Shown here: positions 44,001-53,052 of the stretch, piece after piece | How positions within the stretch are numbered: the first letter of the stretch is position 1 | Layout of the letters: every line of letters begins with the position of its first letter | Source of the DNA: an uncultured Rhodospirillales bacterium | GTDB lineage: Bacteria; Pseudomonadota; Alphaproteobacteria; RF32; CAG-239 | Length of the DNA stretch: 64,000 nucleotides | NCBI GenBank assembly: GCA_902761715.1 | Contig: CACWLK010000003.1 | Span: forward strand, 21,498-85,497 | Reading direction: 5' to 3' | Position numbers and translations under genes: made by a program | The notes under the pieces: model-generated | The model's database searches: none | What the model saw: the letters and a program-made list of their open reading frames with translations, nothing else | Told to the model about the DNA's origin: nothing

Positions 44001-45787
44001 CAATAGAAAACGATGACAAGCAAATTGTCGGACGCATACAGTCAAACGGTTTGGTAAAAAGTCCGAGTGGCTCAAAGATAATTGCTCGCATGGTTCGCGG
44101 TGGTCTTGTCGTCGGACAAGGATGCAAAAACATCGGTTACCTTGAAAAAGACGGCATTGTTCGCAAGTCTAATCAGGAAACCGGGTATAAAGTTAACGCT
44201 GACGGTGTCATTATTGATGATAGCGGCAACTATATCGGTGAAGTTGTTACCCCTGGTCCGGTTTTTGATGATACCTGCACCAAAATCGGTGAAGTCGAAA
44301 CCGATGGCATTGTGCGTCAAAACGGCAATTATGTCGGCTGTGTAAATCCGGACGGAACCGTTTTGAACGAAAAAGGTGATATTATCGGCGGTGTTGCTCG
44401 TTCAGGTGTTGCTGTTTCTTACGACGGCAATCTTTTAGGTAAAATTGTTGAGAACGGACTAGTCTTCTCCCCGCAAGGACAACCTGTCGGTTGTGTCGGC
44501 ACTTATGGAGACATTTTTGATAAAAAAGGCGCATATATTGGCAGAGTTTTACAAAATACATATGCCTATGATTTAGAGGGCAATTTTATCGGAATAGTTA
44601 ACAACAACGCTCGTGTTCCGATGAAAGGACAACCCTCGGGTCGTCTGCTTCCCAATAATGTAATTATTGATGAAAACAGCAGAATTATCGGTGTTGTGCT
44701 TCCTGCAAAATCCGCAATTATTGATGCAAGCGGTAAAGTTATGGGGCGCTTGTTCCCTGACGGCAATGTCTATAACGGCAAAGGTGTGTCTATAGGCAAA
44801 ATATACGGAGACGGCAACGGCTTTTACAACCAGTCAAGCGGTTATTCCATTCCTGTCGGACAAGTTGCTGATTTCAGCGGCAAAATTCTCGGCACAGCCG
44901 GATATAACAGTGAGGTAGTCAATCGTTTTGGTGAGCGTCTCGGCAAACTTGATGCCAAAGGCCATTATTTTGACGATAAAGGAACCCTCAAAGGAGGGCT
45001 GATTCGACGCGGCACGGCAATCGGTTATGATGGCTCATTCCTCGGATACAGCTTGTCTGATGGTCGCATTATCAATCTGGACGGCAAAGTTTCGGGGCGT
45101 AGCACTCCTGACGGCAAAGTTATGGACCAAAAGTCAGTTATTGTCGGTGAAATTATCCCCGAAGGCATTGTAACCGATGTTTGGGGAACATATAAAGGGC
45201 ACACCAACTCTATCGGCGATGTCATAGACTTAAACGGCAATAATATTACGGCAATTTTACCGGGAGGCTCTACAGATAAAAATTTGAGTTTGTTAAAACG
45301 TGGCACGGTTATTGATTTTGCCGGCAAAGTAATCGGTTCAGTAATGCCTGACGGTTCGGTTATTGATACATTAAACATAAAAATCGGTCGTGCTTTGTCT
45401 GACGGAAATGTTTTGAACAATTCCGGCAAACTTATCGGAGAAATTGTAGACGGAGATCTGGTAATTAATGGTGAAGACAAAATTGCCGGCTACATTAACT
45501 CTGATGGTTCAATCATTGACAGAACCGGCGCCGTAATCGGTCGAGCCTTGTCAACAGACTTAGCAGTTGATAGCGAAGACGGTATTTTAGGGCGCATATA
45601 CAAAATCGGAGCCACAATTCTCGGCAATACCGGAAAATATATCGGACGCTTGTCAGTTGACGGTAACGTGGTTGACACCGCTAATCGGATTATCGGTTAT
45701 CTAAAGAGCAACGGTTCGTTTATTAATTTAGATAAAAGAGTAGCCGGATATGCCCTACAGGAAGTTGCTAAAAATCGGAGGAACTAA
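41081..45787 (+). CDS. Giant (1568 aa) membrane-anchored 17-residue-repeat protein encoded between virB9 and virB10
   Basis: N-terminal TM (ILAVGITSFVIFILGLYLLF), a ~120-aa beta-rich module, then repeats of the type RMLPDGTVVDNEGNVIG from about aa 225 to the end. ATGA overlap with virB9. Confidence 0.75.
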   Translation: MSKEVLTHSESYIRKTNRIILAVGITSFVIFILGLYLLFSSGDKGSEYTDPSFTDNDDPLQVETSTSDDTGIEFEPIDDGVPPITSTPNPVPLGQVVIGSDAKNVLTIGTNGKATVSIISVQLAEPAFDGFSFEDYCTGKHLRGSETCDITMKWTPVVTGNVQNNFIISWHESNIAKSNSKSEKVPVFGNAVTKEDCNFCDTATGGTSGSGSQATGRKGETLSRTIVGPDGSVIGYADDEGYVYDQKNNVIGRINENGLAVDGDGNIIGVANNRKLVFDPNGNVIGYVNPDGSVVDLNGNVIGRMLPDGTVVDNEGNVIGHAVDMGYVYDDNGNIIGRVMPDGTVVDMNGNVIGRLNEKGEVVDSNGNVIGHVTKTGRVAVDDDGNILGVVMPDGSVVDANGDVIGNVDKDGNVIASPNAPSRSVNRRLVRNADGQVVGYVDENGAVRDFSGNTIGRTRPDGTIVDNEGNELSASGAVLAYNEDGKVIGYVDKDGNVIGEDGKSLGTVSSNGMIIDSEGNIIGRAAPDDDDSSRVKAFAFDENGNVIGYVDDDGVVRDFNGNVIGKVMPDGTIVSGEGTIVGKALNGKKLAYDKDGKLIGYVDDDGTVYDFAGNKIGKMLEDGTIVDENGNTIGLAVQPNKLAYDKDGNLIGYVDENGDVYDFNGNKIGKMLEDGTIVDEEGNVIGRAPERLAYDKDGKLMGYVDNNNDVYDFAGNKIGKMLEDGTIVDENGNTIGHGVLPAELVYDKDGNVIGYVGEDGNVYDFNGNKIGQVLSDGTVIDPDSKIIGKAGPAKADGYRLAYDPKGRVIGYVEDDGTVKDFAGNVIGRMLPDGTIIDANGNIIGRAGSATRQLAYDKDGKVIGYVDENGNVINFNGDAIGKMIPSGKLVNSNGDEIGTVGGFAKMLLDKDNKITGYIGPDGEVFDIEGNAIGYMDADGNITSNTQTVLGRLIQEYMIPVTPQGEVLGTVNNNGTIENDDKQIVGRIQSNGLVKSPSGSKIIARMVRGGLVVGQGCKNIGYLEKDGIVRKSNQETGYKVNADGVIIDDSGNYIGEVVTPGPVFDDTCTKIGEVETDGIVRQNGNYVGCVNPDGTVLNEKGDIIGGVARSGVAVSYDGNLLGKIVENGLVFSPQGQPVGCVGTYGDIFDKKGAYIGRVLQNTYAYDLEGNFIGIVNNNARVPMKGQPSGRLLPNNVIIDENSRIIGVVLPAKSAIIDASGKVMGRLFPDGNVYNGKGVSIGKIYGDGNGFYNQSSGYSIPVGQVADFSGKILGTAGYNSEVVNRFGERLGKLDAKGHYFDDKGTLKGGLIRRGTAIGYDGSFLGYSLSDGRIINLDGKVSGRSTPDGKVMDQKSVIVGEIIPEGIVTDVWGTYKGHTNSIGDVIDLNGNNITAILPGGSTDKNLSLLKRGTVIDFAGKVIGSVMPDGSVIDTLNIKIGRALSDGNVLNNSGKLIGEIVDGDLVINGEDKIAGYINSDGSIIDRTGAVIGRALSTDLAVDSEDGILGRIYKIGATILGNTGKYIGRLSVDGNVVDTANRIIGYLKSNGSFINLDKRVAGYALQEVAKNRRN
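42350..43800 (+). repeat. Tandem ~153-nt (51-aa = 3 x 17) super-repeats inside the 1568-aa gene
   Basis: Units start at about 42851, 43007, 43157, 43313, 43481 and 43640 (KLAYDKDGKLIGYVDDDGTVYDFAGNKIGKMLEDGTIVDENGNTIG...). TTTGCCGGCAACAAAATCGGCAAAATGCTTGAAGA is identical in units 1 and 3. Confidence 0.8.
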
Positions 45788-45789
45788 AG

Positions 45790-48700
45790 TTGAAATCAAA
45801 ACTTAATGGCGGAATAACAAAAAAACTTTGTATTGCTTTAGTAGCACTGTTTGCCTGCATGGAAAACGTATCTGCGCAGGAAATTACTGCCATTGACTTT
45901 AACGGAGACCTGATTGGTAAAGTTATTCCAGATGGTAAAGTTGTCAGCTTTGATAACCGCCTCATCGGCAATATTACCGCCGACAGCTTGATTTTGGATT
46001 CTTCCGGCAAACTTATTGGAGGCGTTGTTCCGCAAGGCGTTGCCATCGGCAATGACAACCGCCTGTTGGGAAAAGTCAGCAACGACGGCACGGTTCGTCT
46101 TTCAACCGGCAAAATCATTGGTAAGGTTCTGCCGAACGGACTTGTGGTTGATGATAAATTTGATGTATTAGGAGCCGTATTGTTTCCCGGTCTTATTTAT
46201 TCTGATGAGGGGCAAACCGTCGGTCGCTTGACCGGTGATGGTGTATATGCCAACCTTCAAGGACAAACTATCGGGTTTGTTTCTCCCGACGGTTACGCAT
46301 ATCGCCGTTCGGGTAACGATTACATTATTGATGGTCGACTGATTTCATCAAAAATGGTCATTGATTCTGTCGGACATTTTGTCGGAAGCATTTCTCCCGG
46401 AGGTAAAATCACTGATTTTGACGGCAAACAAATCGGTCATATAAAAGCCAACGGTTTTGCCTATAATTCTGATAACAAAGTTATCGGTAGCGTTGTTCGT
46501 TCGGGGTATGCCTTTGATATTGCCGGAAAATATATCGGCATTGTTACTTTTAACGGTGAAGTTGTAAATGGTGAAAAAATTGTCGGATATCTGCAAGTAG
46601 ACGGAAGCATCGCAGATTCCAAAGGCACAATCATCGGCTATATGGTCGACATTGCCGCTACTGCAGCAGATAGTTCCGGCAAATATTTGGGACGTATTAT
46701 GCCTGAGGGCAAAATTGCCAAAGGGCGCAACGTTATCGGGCAAATCGGACCATGGAATGTCGTTTATGACGCAGACGGCAAACAACTGGGCAAAATTGTT
46801 TCGTCCGGTCCCGTTTTTGACTATAAAGGTGCATTGAAAGGTCATGCTCTTAAAAACGGGCAGGTTATAATGCCGAGCGGTGCCCCGTTGGGAACAGTAC
46901 GCAATGATTTAGCTTTTAACACCATGGGCAAAGTTGTCGGTGCGGTACTACCGCATAAAGTAGTTATCAGCGAGAACAACCAGGTTGTCGGAGTCAGCGG
47001 TATCAGTTCAAATCTGTCCGTCAGCGACGACCGTCGCATTGTCTCCCCGTTTGGATATGTATACAATTCTGAAGGCGGTATAGCCGGTAATGCAATTTCG
47101 TTAGGTGGCATTTACAGTCTTGGTGGCGTTCCGGTTGGAACAGTTTCTCCTAATGGTGAGTTGATAAATAACGGCACAGCTCAAGGCGGTATTATTACTC
47201 AACATGGATATAATATTACAGAGAACAATACCATTTCCGGCGGAAAAATTAACAACATTTATGCTGTTGGCTCAACCGGAGAAAGTTTAGGTATTTTGGC
47301 CGATGGCAATCAAGTCCTAAACAAGAATTTTAAGCCGATTGGCAAAATTTTGCCTGACGGTAGCATTACCGCATGGTCTGATGGCAACTCTTACATGCCT
47401 TTCAATGGTCGCGGCAGTTCTGCACGAATGGCGGTAGGCTATGACGGCACTGTTTTAGGTACCATTGATAACCAAGGCTTAGTCAGAGACAGCGGAGCCA
47501 CCACAATCGGTAAAGTCAGCTCATCAAATATCATTTTAGATAACTCCGGACTAAGTATCGGTGAGCCGATCAATTTTATGAGCGTAATTAATGATAAATG
47601 TGAATTTACCGGCGTTGTTACCCCTAATGGCGAAGTCAGAAACTACAGAGAAGTTAACATGGGTAAAATTTTACCTAACCGACAGGTGGTTTCCGACAAC
47701 GGCGATATCGTTGGTTACGGTGTCAATAGCGGAAGTGTTGTCGATTTTGGTGGAAAAACAATCGGAACCGTAACCTCAGAGGGCAAAGTTTTGAACTATG
47801 CCGGAGAAAATCTCGGTTGCGTTGATAGTCAAAACCGCATTTACAATGCTCAGCGAGCTCTGATTGGTAAAGTTATACCGATTACTACCGTAATTGACTT
47901 TGACGGCAAAATCATCGGTCGCAGTTTACTTGATGGCAGTGTCGTTGACAGCGGAAATAAAAACATCGGCTTTGTATCTCCCGATGATAGTGTTAACTCT
48001 CAAACATCTACCCCTTTCGGAATGTTGTTTATGTACCGTTACGCATTTAACAACAGCAACCGTCAGATTGGCATTGTCGCTTCTTCCGGTGAAGTACTCG
48101 ACTTTCAGGGTAAAAAAATCGGAACGGTTGATTTTGACGGTAACGTAATTATCAGCGGCAAAAAGAGCGGATATGCCTTGTATGATCTCTACATTTACGA
48201 TAACAGCCATCAGGCAATCGGCAGAATAACTACAGACGGTAGTGTAGTCTCTCTTTCTAACCAAAAGCTCGGACGCTCGGTTCATGGTTTTGCCATTGAT
48301 AGCAAAGGCAAAGTTTTAGGACGTGGAAACCGAGATTTTCATATCCGCGCCAAAGGAAGAGAGATAATCGGTGAACTTCAGCTTAACGGAGCCGTAGTTT
48401 CACGTAGCGGAGAGCAGGTCGGAACCTTGGGGCAAGCCGGCAATATTATTGCCCCCGACGGGGATGTAATTGCCGTTGCTACACCTTTGCAATATTATGA
48501 ACCTGAACAGAGAAAAACTGTATATGATTCGGCGGGCAACCCTATTGGTTACGTTAATGAGGACAACCAAGTTGTTGATGAAAAAGGTAATGTCATCGGC
48601 CAAATAAACAATGACGGCTCGGTAGTTAATCCCGAAGGAGAAGTTATCGGCAATACCAAACTTGATTGGTATACTCCTACAGACAAAAAACAGCCGGGCG

Positions 48701-50094
48701 GAAAACTTCCTGAAGTCGGTAGCCGAAAACTGGATCAGGGCGAATATAAACGCTCTATCAATATTGCTCTTACACCGGATGGCGAATATTTGGGAGAGAT
48801 TACCGAGGACGGTAGCGTTATAGATAAAAATGGTAACAAAATCGGAACAGTTTTGCCGGATGGTCTGGTTGTTGATTCTGAAGGCTCGCTAATCGGCATT
48901 GAAGAAACTGCCGGCGGTACCAAAGATAAAATACCGAGTTCGCCTGGAGGAATTGATAGCTATATTCCTGAAATTATAACGGAAGAAGATCCTCAGAGAG
49001 AACAAGCGAAAAAGGTAGCGCAGTACTATCGCCGTAAAGGCATTGCTGTCGGCCGTATCAGTAGCAATTTTAATAAAGAAGACTTTGAGCAAAAACAAAA
49101 CGACTGGGGGTTGCCAAAAGTCATATCTACTTATCCGGTTGATATGAGCATGATGATGTTGGCAGACAAACCGATACCGGCTGTAATTGCTCGTCCTATT
49201 TATACAGAAGCCGAAGACCAGCCCCCGATAACAGCTTATGTTGAAAGAAATGTTTATACTGAAGACGGGCGTAATATTATTATACCGGCAGGAAGTCATG
49301 TTATTGGGGAACTTGGCGGCGGCGGCGGAAGAGAAAATAATAATAAAGGTGGAACCAATTCTGCTCGTTTGACCATCTCGTGGAAGAGAATTATTTGGCC
49401 AAACGGCGCCATGTTCCAATTGTCCAAAGCAAAATCAGGTGATGCTCAAGGACGAGGCGGAGTTTTGGGATATCTTGATCGCCGTATAGTTCAAACATAT
49501 TCAGCCCCATTAGCTAGTTCGCTTATTACTAATGGCTTAGCTGTTTTGTTTTCTACAAATGATTCTTCTGAAGGAGGAGAAAACAGTACTGAGACCTCAA
49601 AACAACAGGCTATGAATGATGCCCGAGAAGGTTTTTTGAGTGATACTCAACAAATGTTCCAAAGACTGGTGAGCGATTACATGCAAACTCAGCCGGTTGT
49701 GTTTGTTCCGGCCGGTACCCGTGTTACCATTTATCCTAATGTTGATTTGTGGTTGCGCACGGAAGATAATTCCAGTGAAGCAACAGGAAAAGCGAATTTG
49801 CAGAATAGTGACGATAGGTTTACTGATGACCAGCAAGCAGCTGATTATAACGAAAGCGTCAAGAACAAAAAAAGCAATCCTCAGACCACGGTTACCTATG
49901 CACCGAAAGATACGGATGTTAAAACTTCATCTGTTTTGGCTAGCGATAATTCTACAACTCAAAGAGACAGAGTAGGTACACCGCCGCCTCCACCTCCACC
50001 GAGTAGTGGCTTGGTCAATACACAACGACCGAGTGGTAACAACTCGCAGTCTAACAGCAACAATAACAACAATGATGTGCCACAACTTTTTTAG
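45790..50094 (+). CDS. virB10: VirB10 homologue (1434 aa): N-terminal anchor, ~1000 aa of 17-residue repeats, TrbI/VirB10 C-domain, Pro/Asn-rich tail
   Basis: C-domain motifs PIPAVIARPIY, IIIPAGSHVIGE, RLTISWKRIIWPNG and VFVPAGTRVTIYPNVDLW. N-terminal repeats are of the type KVLPNGLVVDDKFDVLG. TTG start lies 2 nt after the upstream stop. Confidence 0.85.
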   Translation: MKSKLNGGITKKLCIALVALFACMENVSAQEITAIDFNGDLIGKVIPDGKVVSFDNRLIGNITADSLILDSSGKLIGGVVPQGVAIGNDNRLLGKVSNDGTVRLSTGKIIGKVLPNGLVVDDKFDVLGAVLFPGLIYSDEGQTVGRLTGDGVYANLQGQTIGFVSPDGYAYRRSGNDYIIDGRLISSKMVIDSVGHFVGSISPGGKITDFDGKQIGHIKANGFAYNSDNKVIGSVVRSGYAFDIAGKYIGIVTFNGEVVNGEKIVGYLQVDGSIADSKGTIIGYMVDIAATAADSSGKYLGRIMPEGKIAKGRNVIGQIGPWNVVYDADGKQLGKIVSSGPVFDYKGALKGHALKNGQVIMPSGAPLGTVRNDLAFNTMGKVVGAVLPHKVVISENNQVVGVSGISSNLSVSDDRRIVSPFGYVYNSEGGIAGNAISLGGIYSLGGVPVGTVSPNGELINNGTAQGGIITQHGYNITENNTISGGKINNIYAVGSTGESLGILADGNQVLNKNFKPIGKILPDGSITAWSDGNSYMPFNGRGSSARMAVGYDGTVLGTIDNQGLVRDSGATTIGKVSSSNIILDNSGLSIGEPINFMSVINDKCEFTGVVTPNGEVRNYREVNMGKILPNRQVVSDNGDIVGYGVNSGSVVDFGGKTIGTVTSEGKVLNYAGENLGCVDSQNRIYNAQRALIGKVIPITTVIDFDGKIIGRSLLDGSVVDSGNKNIGFVSPDDSVNSQTSTPFGMLFMYRYAFNNSNRQIGIVASSGEVLDFQGKKIGTVDFDGNVIISGKKSGYALYDLYIYDNSHQAIGRITTDGSVVSLSNQKLGRSVHGFAIDSKGKVLGRGNRDFHIRAKGREIIGELQLNGAVVSRSGEQVGTLGQAGNIIAPDGDVIAVATPLQYYEPEQRKTVYDSAGNPIGYVNEDNQVVDEKGNVIGQINNDGSVVNPEGEVIGNTKLDWYTPTDKKQPGGKLPEVGSRKLDQGEYKRSINIALTPDGEYLGEITEDGSVIDKNGNKIGTVLPDGLVVDSEGSLIGIEETAGGTKDKIPSSPGGIDSYIPEIITEEDPQREQAKKVAQYYRRKGIAVGRISSNFNKEDFEQKQNDWGLPKVISTYPVDMSMMMLADKPIPAVIARPIYTEAEDQPPITAYVERNVYTEDGRNIIIPAGSHVIGELGGGGGRENNNKGGTNSARLTISWKRIIWPNGAMFQLSKAKSGDAQGRGGVLGYLDRRIVQTYSAPLASSLITNGLAVLFSTNDSSEGGENSTETSKQQAMNDAREGFLSDTQQMFQRLVSDYMQTQPVVFVPAGTRVTIYPNVDLWLRTEDNSSEATGKANLQNSDDRFTDDQQAADYNESVKNKKSNPQTTVTYAPKDTDVKTSSVLASDNSTTQRDRVGTPPPPPPPSSGLVNTQRPSGNNSQSNSNNNNNDVPQLF

Positions 50095-50106
50095 AGGGAG
50101 ATAAAT

Positions 50107-51075
50107 ATGAGTTTTGAAGTATTAGAATCAGTTTTGCGCCCTCTGGCCTATTGGTACAACCAAGAAAACATCGAGGAGGTGGCCATCAATCGTGCCGGTC
50201 AGGTTTGGTTGCGTTTGCGTGGCAAAAGGGCGTATCCGTGGGTAATGTATAAAGATGAAAAACTTACCAAAGAGTATCTTACCGATTTGCTTTATATTGT
50301 TGCTAACACTTACGAGCTTCCGTTTGATCCCATCGGTGGCACTCCGGTAGTTTACGCAACAATCCCCGGCGAACACCGTTTTTCTGCCATTTGCGGCAAA
50401 AACGTTATGTATGACGAAAGCGATATCACCGGAGGTGTTGCCATTGCCATTCGTGTTCATAGTGATGACGTAGCATTCGGATTAGGCGATTACGGCTTAA
50501 AACAAGGTGAACAACTGCACCAGATTAACCCGCTGAAAAATATTAAAGATCCTGATGACCCGTATGAAAGATTGCTACTTAGTATTAAACGAGGAGACCA
50601 CATTTTGGTCAGTGGTGCAACCGCCACCGGTAAAACAACTTTTTTGAACAACCTGCTCAAAATTTTGGATATTCACAAACGTGTTATCACCATCGAGGAT
50701 GCACGCGAGTTGTTGGTTCCGCACCCCAACCGTGTTCATATTGTAATGTCCCGTACCGGACAAACCAACCAGTTTGATTATAAAGGTATTATCGACTTGG
50801 TAGTACGTTTTACTCCTGATGCAATTATCGGCGGTGAGATTTCAACCGGTAACGCCGGTGCATTGTGGGAGCTGATGGGTTCCGGACACGATAACTGCCT
50901 GGCTACTATCCACGCTGAGAGCTCGACTGCAGCATACGAAGCCTTTGTTGACCGTATTTTGCATAGTTATCCCACTCTTGATCGCCGCAAAACAATTGAA
51001 GAAATGCACCACAAGTTACGTGTGGTACAAATCAATCGTGACGGCAACCTGCGTGCGGTTACAGAAGTTACTTAA
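50107..51075 (+). CDS. virB11: T4SS ATPase VirB11
   Basis: 322 aa with Walker A SGATATGKTT, ITIEDARE, Walker B-like IIGGEI and His box LATIHAES. Confidence 0.92.
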   Translation: MSFEVLESVLRPLAYWYNQENIEEVAINRAGQVWLRLRGKRAYPWVMYKDEKLTKEYLTDLLYIVANTYELPFDPIGGTPVVYATIPGEHRFSAICGKNVMYDESDITGGVAIAIRVHSDDVAFGLGDYGLKQGEQLHQINPLKNIKDPDDPYERLLLSIKRGDHILVSGATATGKTTFLNNLLKILDIHKRVITIEDARELLVPHPNRVHIVMSRTGQTNQFDYKGIIDLVVRFTPDAIIGGEISTGNAGALWELMGSGHDNCLATIHAESSTAAYEAFVDRILHSYPTLDRRKTIEEMHHKLRVVQINRDGNLRAVTEVT

Positions 51076-51079
51076 AATA

Positions 51080-51101
51080 AAAACTCCCGAAAGGGAGTTT
51101 T
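51080..51101. terminator. Bidirectional rho-independent terminator between virB11 and the convergent minus-strand block
   Basis: AAAACTCCC-GAAA-GGGAGTTTT with A/T tracts on both sides. Confidence 0.75.
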
Positions 51102-51105
51102 TATT

Positions 51106-51759
51106 TTATTGCAATGGAGGAACATTAATTTGAGCAATTTCTCCGGGGCGAACTCTTACATTTGCATATCTCATGTTCGCCGTTTCAATAATAAATCTCT
51201 GTCGGTCAGTCAGTTGTGCTGCCCATTCATAGAAATCACGTCCGTTAAGCTCTTGTCTTTGCGGGTTCATAATATATAAAACACAGCCTTGTGTCTTTTC
51301 AGTAGTGCCGCAACGAGCACGCCCCCGAGGAACTTCGGCATTGATAACTACGCCCTGCAGACCGTTTTGTACGGTTGCCGGAGCCGAAAAGAACATCTTT
51401 GTAATAAAGATACCTAAAATAAACGATACCAAAATAGCAGCCACCAAAGCCGTTCCTGTATAAGAATTTCCGACAACAAAACGCTCCTTTAATTCCGGCG
51501 ACTGATAATCAATGTCCTCATCCGACAAAAACGACGGATTAAGTTTATTGTCTTGCTGTATTTGCGGCAAGTTATCTTGTCCGAGATAGTCATTAAAGTT
51601 AAAATTAGAACTACCGGACTTGGAGCTTGTGCTGTTGAAAGGACTGTCCATAGTAGCCTTTGCCGGCACGGCAATATTATTGTCCGCCGCTTGTGTCGTT
51701 CTTTTAATCGGGCGTTTTACTTTTTTAAATCTGGGTTGATTAGTCGAAGTATTATCCAT
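51106..51759 (-). CDS. Single-pass membrane protein, unknown (basic/disordered N-terminus, TM, ~90-aa C-domain)
   Basis: TM ALVAAILVSFILGIFITKMFF. SD GAGGT lies 4 nt before the ATG at 51759. Confidence 0.5.
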   Translation of the reverse strand: MDNTSTNQPRFKKVKRPIKRTTQAADNNIAVPAKATMDSPFNSTSSKSGSSNFNFNDYLGQDNLPQIQQDNKLNPSFLSDEDIDYQSPELKERFVVGNSYTGTALVAAILVSFILGIFITKMFFSAPATVQNGLQGVVINAEVPRGRARCGTTEKTQGCVLYIMNPQRQELNGRDFYEWAAQLTDRQRFIIETANMRYANVRVRPGEIAQINVPPLQ

Positions 51760-51776
51760 TTTTACCTCATATAACA

Positions 51777-53045
51777 CTACATTGCGTTAGAAACTTGTTT
51801 TTTTATGGTCTTTATAATTCTCGGCACAATAAACACCACAATTTGAGAATTTTGCGGATTAGCGCCGATAATCTTGTCGGGAATACCAATAATCAGATAA
51901 TTTTCGCCGAGTTTGCTGCGCAAATCAAATTGAGTAATTTGTCCGTCGCGTCCTTCTAAAGTAATGTCAGAAAAAAGCCTGTTTTGTGGCATTAAAGATG
52001 ACTTTGCCAACAATGATAATTGAGTTTCCGGTTGCTTTGCTCCGGCGCATTTGCCAATGTCAAAGCGAGCCATCCACAGGTTGGGCACAATAAATTTTCC
52101 TTCTGCCATCTGTTCAACGGTTGCTTGTCCTTGTAAAAAGCTCCTCAAACTCCCGATGTTTATTTCATTTGAAGTGGTCAACAGTCTGCCGATAACACCG
52201 GTTTTTGCGGTTTTTACGGAGCCAAAATCAAAAACATTCAACAATCCTTGCCAATCAACGTCGTTTTTACCATTCTGCGGAGTAATTTTGAAGATGCTGA
52301 CATCATAGGCAATCAGCTTTGGGTTACTTTCAAAATAAGCCAACAACTTTTGAATTTTTTTCTGTAATTCGTAATCACCGTTAAACGTTAAAGAATAATC
52401 AGACCAATCAGTAGTAATATCGGTTATTCCCGCACCACGCATTACGTCTAGCAATGCCAAAATAATCGGACGTGATTTCGGTACATACAGCGTAAAATTA
52501 GTCTTACGTCCGATGGTCAACGTTTTTGCCTCGGCATCATATGTATAATAAATTTCCGCAGCATCGGTAATCATTTTAACAACTTCGGAAAGCTCACCTC
52601 GCAGATTTTCAGCAGAAATACTTGGATAGGGCGCATCTTTTGCCACCAGTTTAATCCCGGCTTCCTTAGTCAGTTTAAGCAAAGCCTTTTCCGCCGGCAT
52701 TGTCTTAAACGAAAAACCGGTTACTTCAAAACGCGGCAACGGATTATCAATTCCGTTTCTGGTCAAATTAAAAGCTTTTATATTGTACGGCAAAGTTGTA
52801 ATCATTTGCTGTGTATGCCAATTGACGTAGCAACGCAGAGGGGATTCCAAATCAAAAGAACTTGCTCCCTCGGTTGTTCTAATCATATTCGGGTCAATCG
52901 GGTTAATAATTCTTGCATTTGATGCCGGATTAATTGTAATTGTTTCATGTTCTTTTGCGGCAAACACGTCATCACCTGAAAACAGGCAACCCGAAACCCC
53001 CAACACTGCAAAAATCAATGATAAAAATTTAGTATAGTTAAACAT
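51777..53045 (-). CDS. Short secretin-like outer-membrane lipoprotein (N0-like domain plus secretin-like C-terminus), tentative
   Basis: Lipobox VLGVSGC. N0-like FEVTGFSFKTMPAEKALLKLTKEAGIKLVAKD...IYYTYDAEAKTLTI. C-terminus LSLLAKSSLMPQNRLFSDITLEGRDGQITQFDLRSKLGENYLIIGI...IVVFIVPRII parallels the PilN-like secretin end SVLVIILTPVVL. Confidence 0.4.
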   Translation of the reverse strand: MFNYTKFLSLIFAVLGVSGCLFSGDDVFAAKEHETITINPASNARIINPIDPNMIRTTEGASSFDLESPLRCYVNWHTQQMITTLPYNIKAFNLTRNGIDNPLPRFEVTGFSFKTMPAEKALLKLTKEAGIKLVAKDAPYPSISAENLRGELSEVVKMITDAAEIYYTYDAEAKTLTIGRKTNFTLYVPKSRPIILALLDVMRGAGITDITTDWSDYSLTFNGDYELQKKIQKLLAYFESNPKLIAYDVSIFKITPQNGKNDVDWQGLLNVFDFGSVKTAKTGVIGRLLTTSNEINIGSLRSFLQGQATVEQMAEGKFIVPNLWMARFDIGKCAGAKQPETQLSLLAKSSLMPQNRLFSDITLEGRDGQITQFDLRSKLGENYLIIGIPDKIIGANPQNSQIVVFIVPRIIKTIKKQVSNAM

Positions 53046-53052
53046 CTTACCC

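Noticed and set aside
41081-50094. Highly periodic DNA that might superficially suggest a CRISPR-like or satellite array.
   Set aside because: The periodicity is 51 nt (17 codons), in frame, inside two long ORFs. There are no unique spacers and no flanking cas genes. These are coding repeats.
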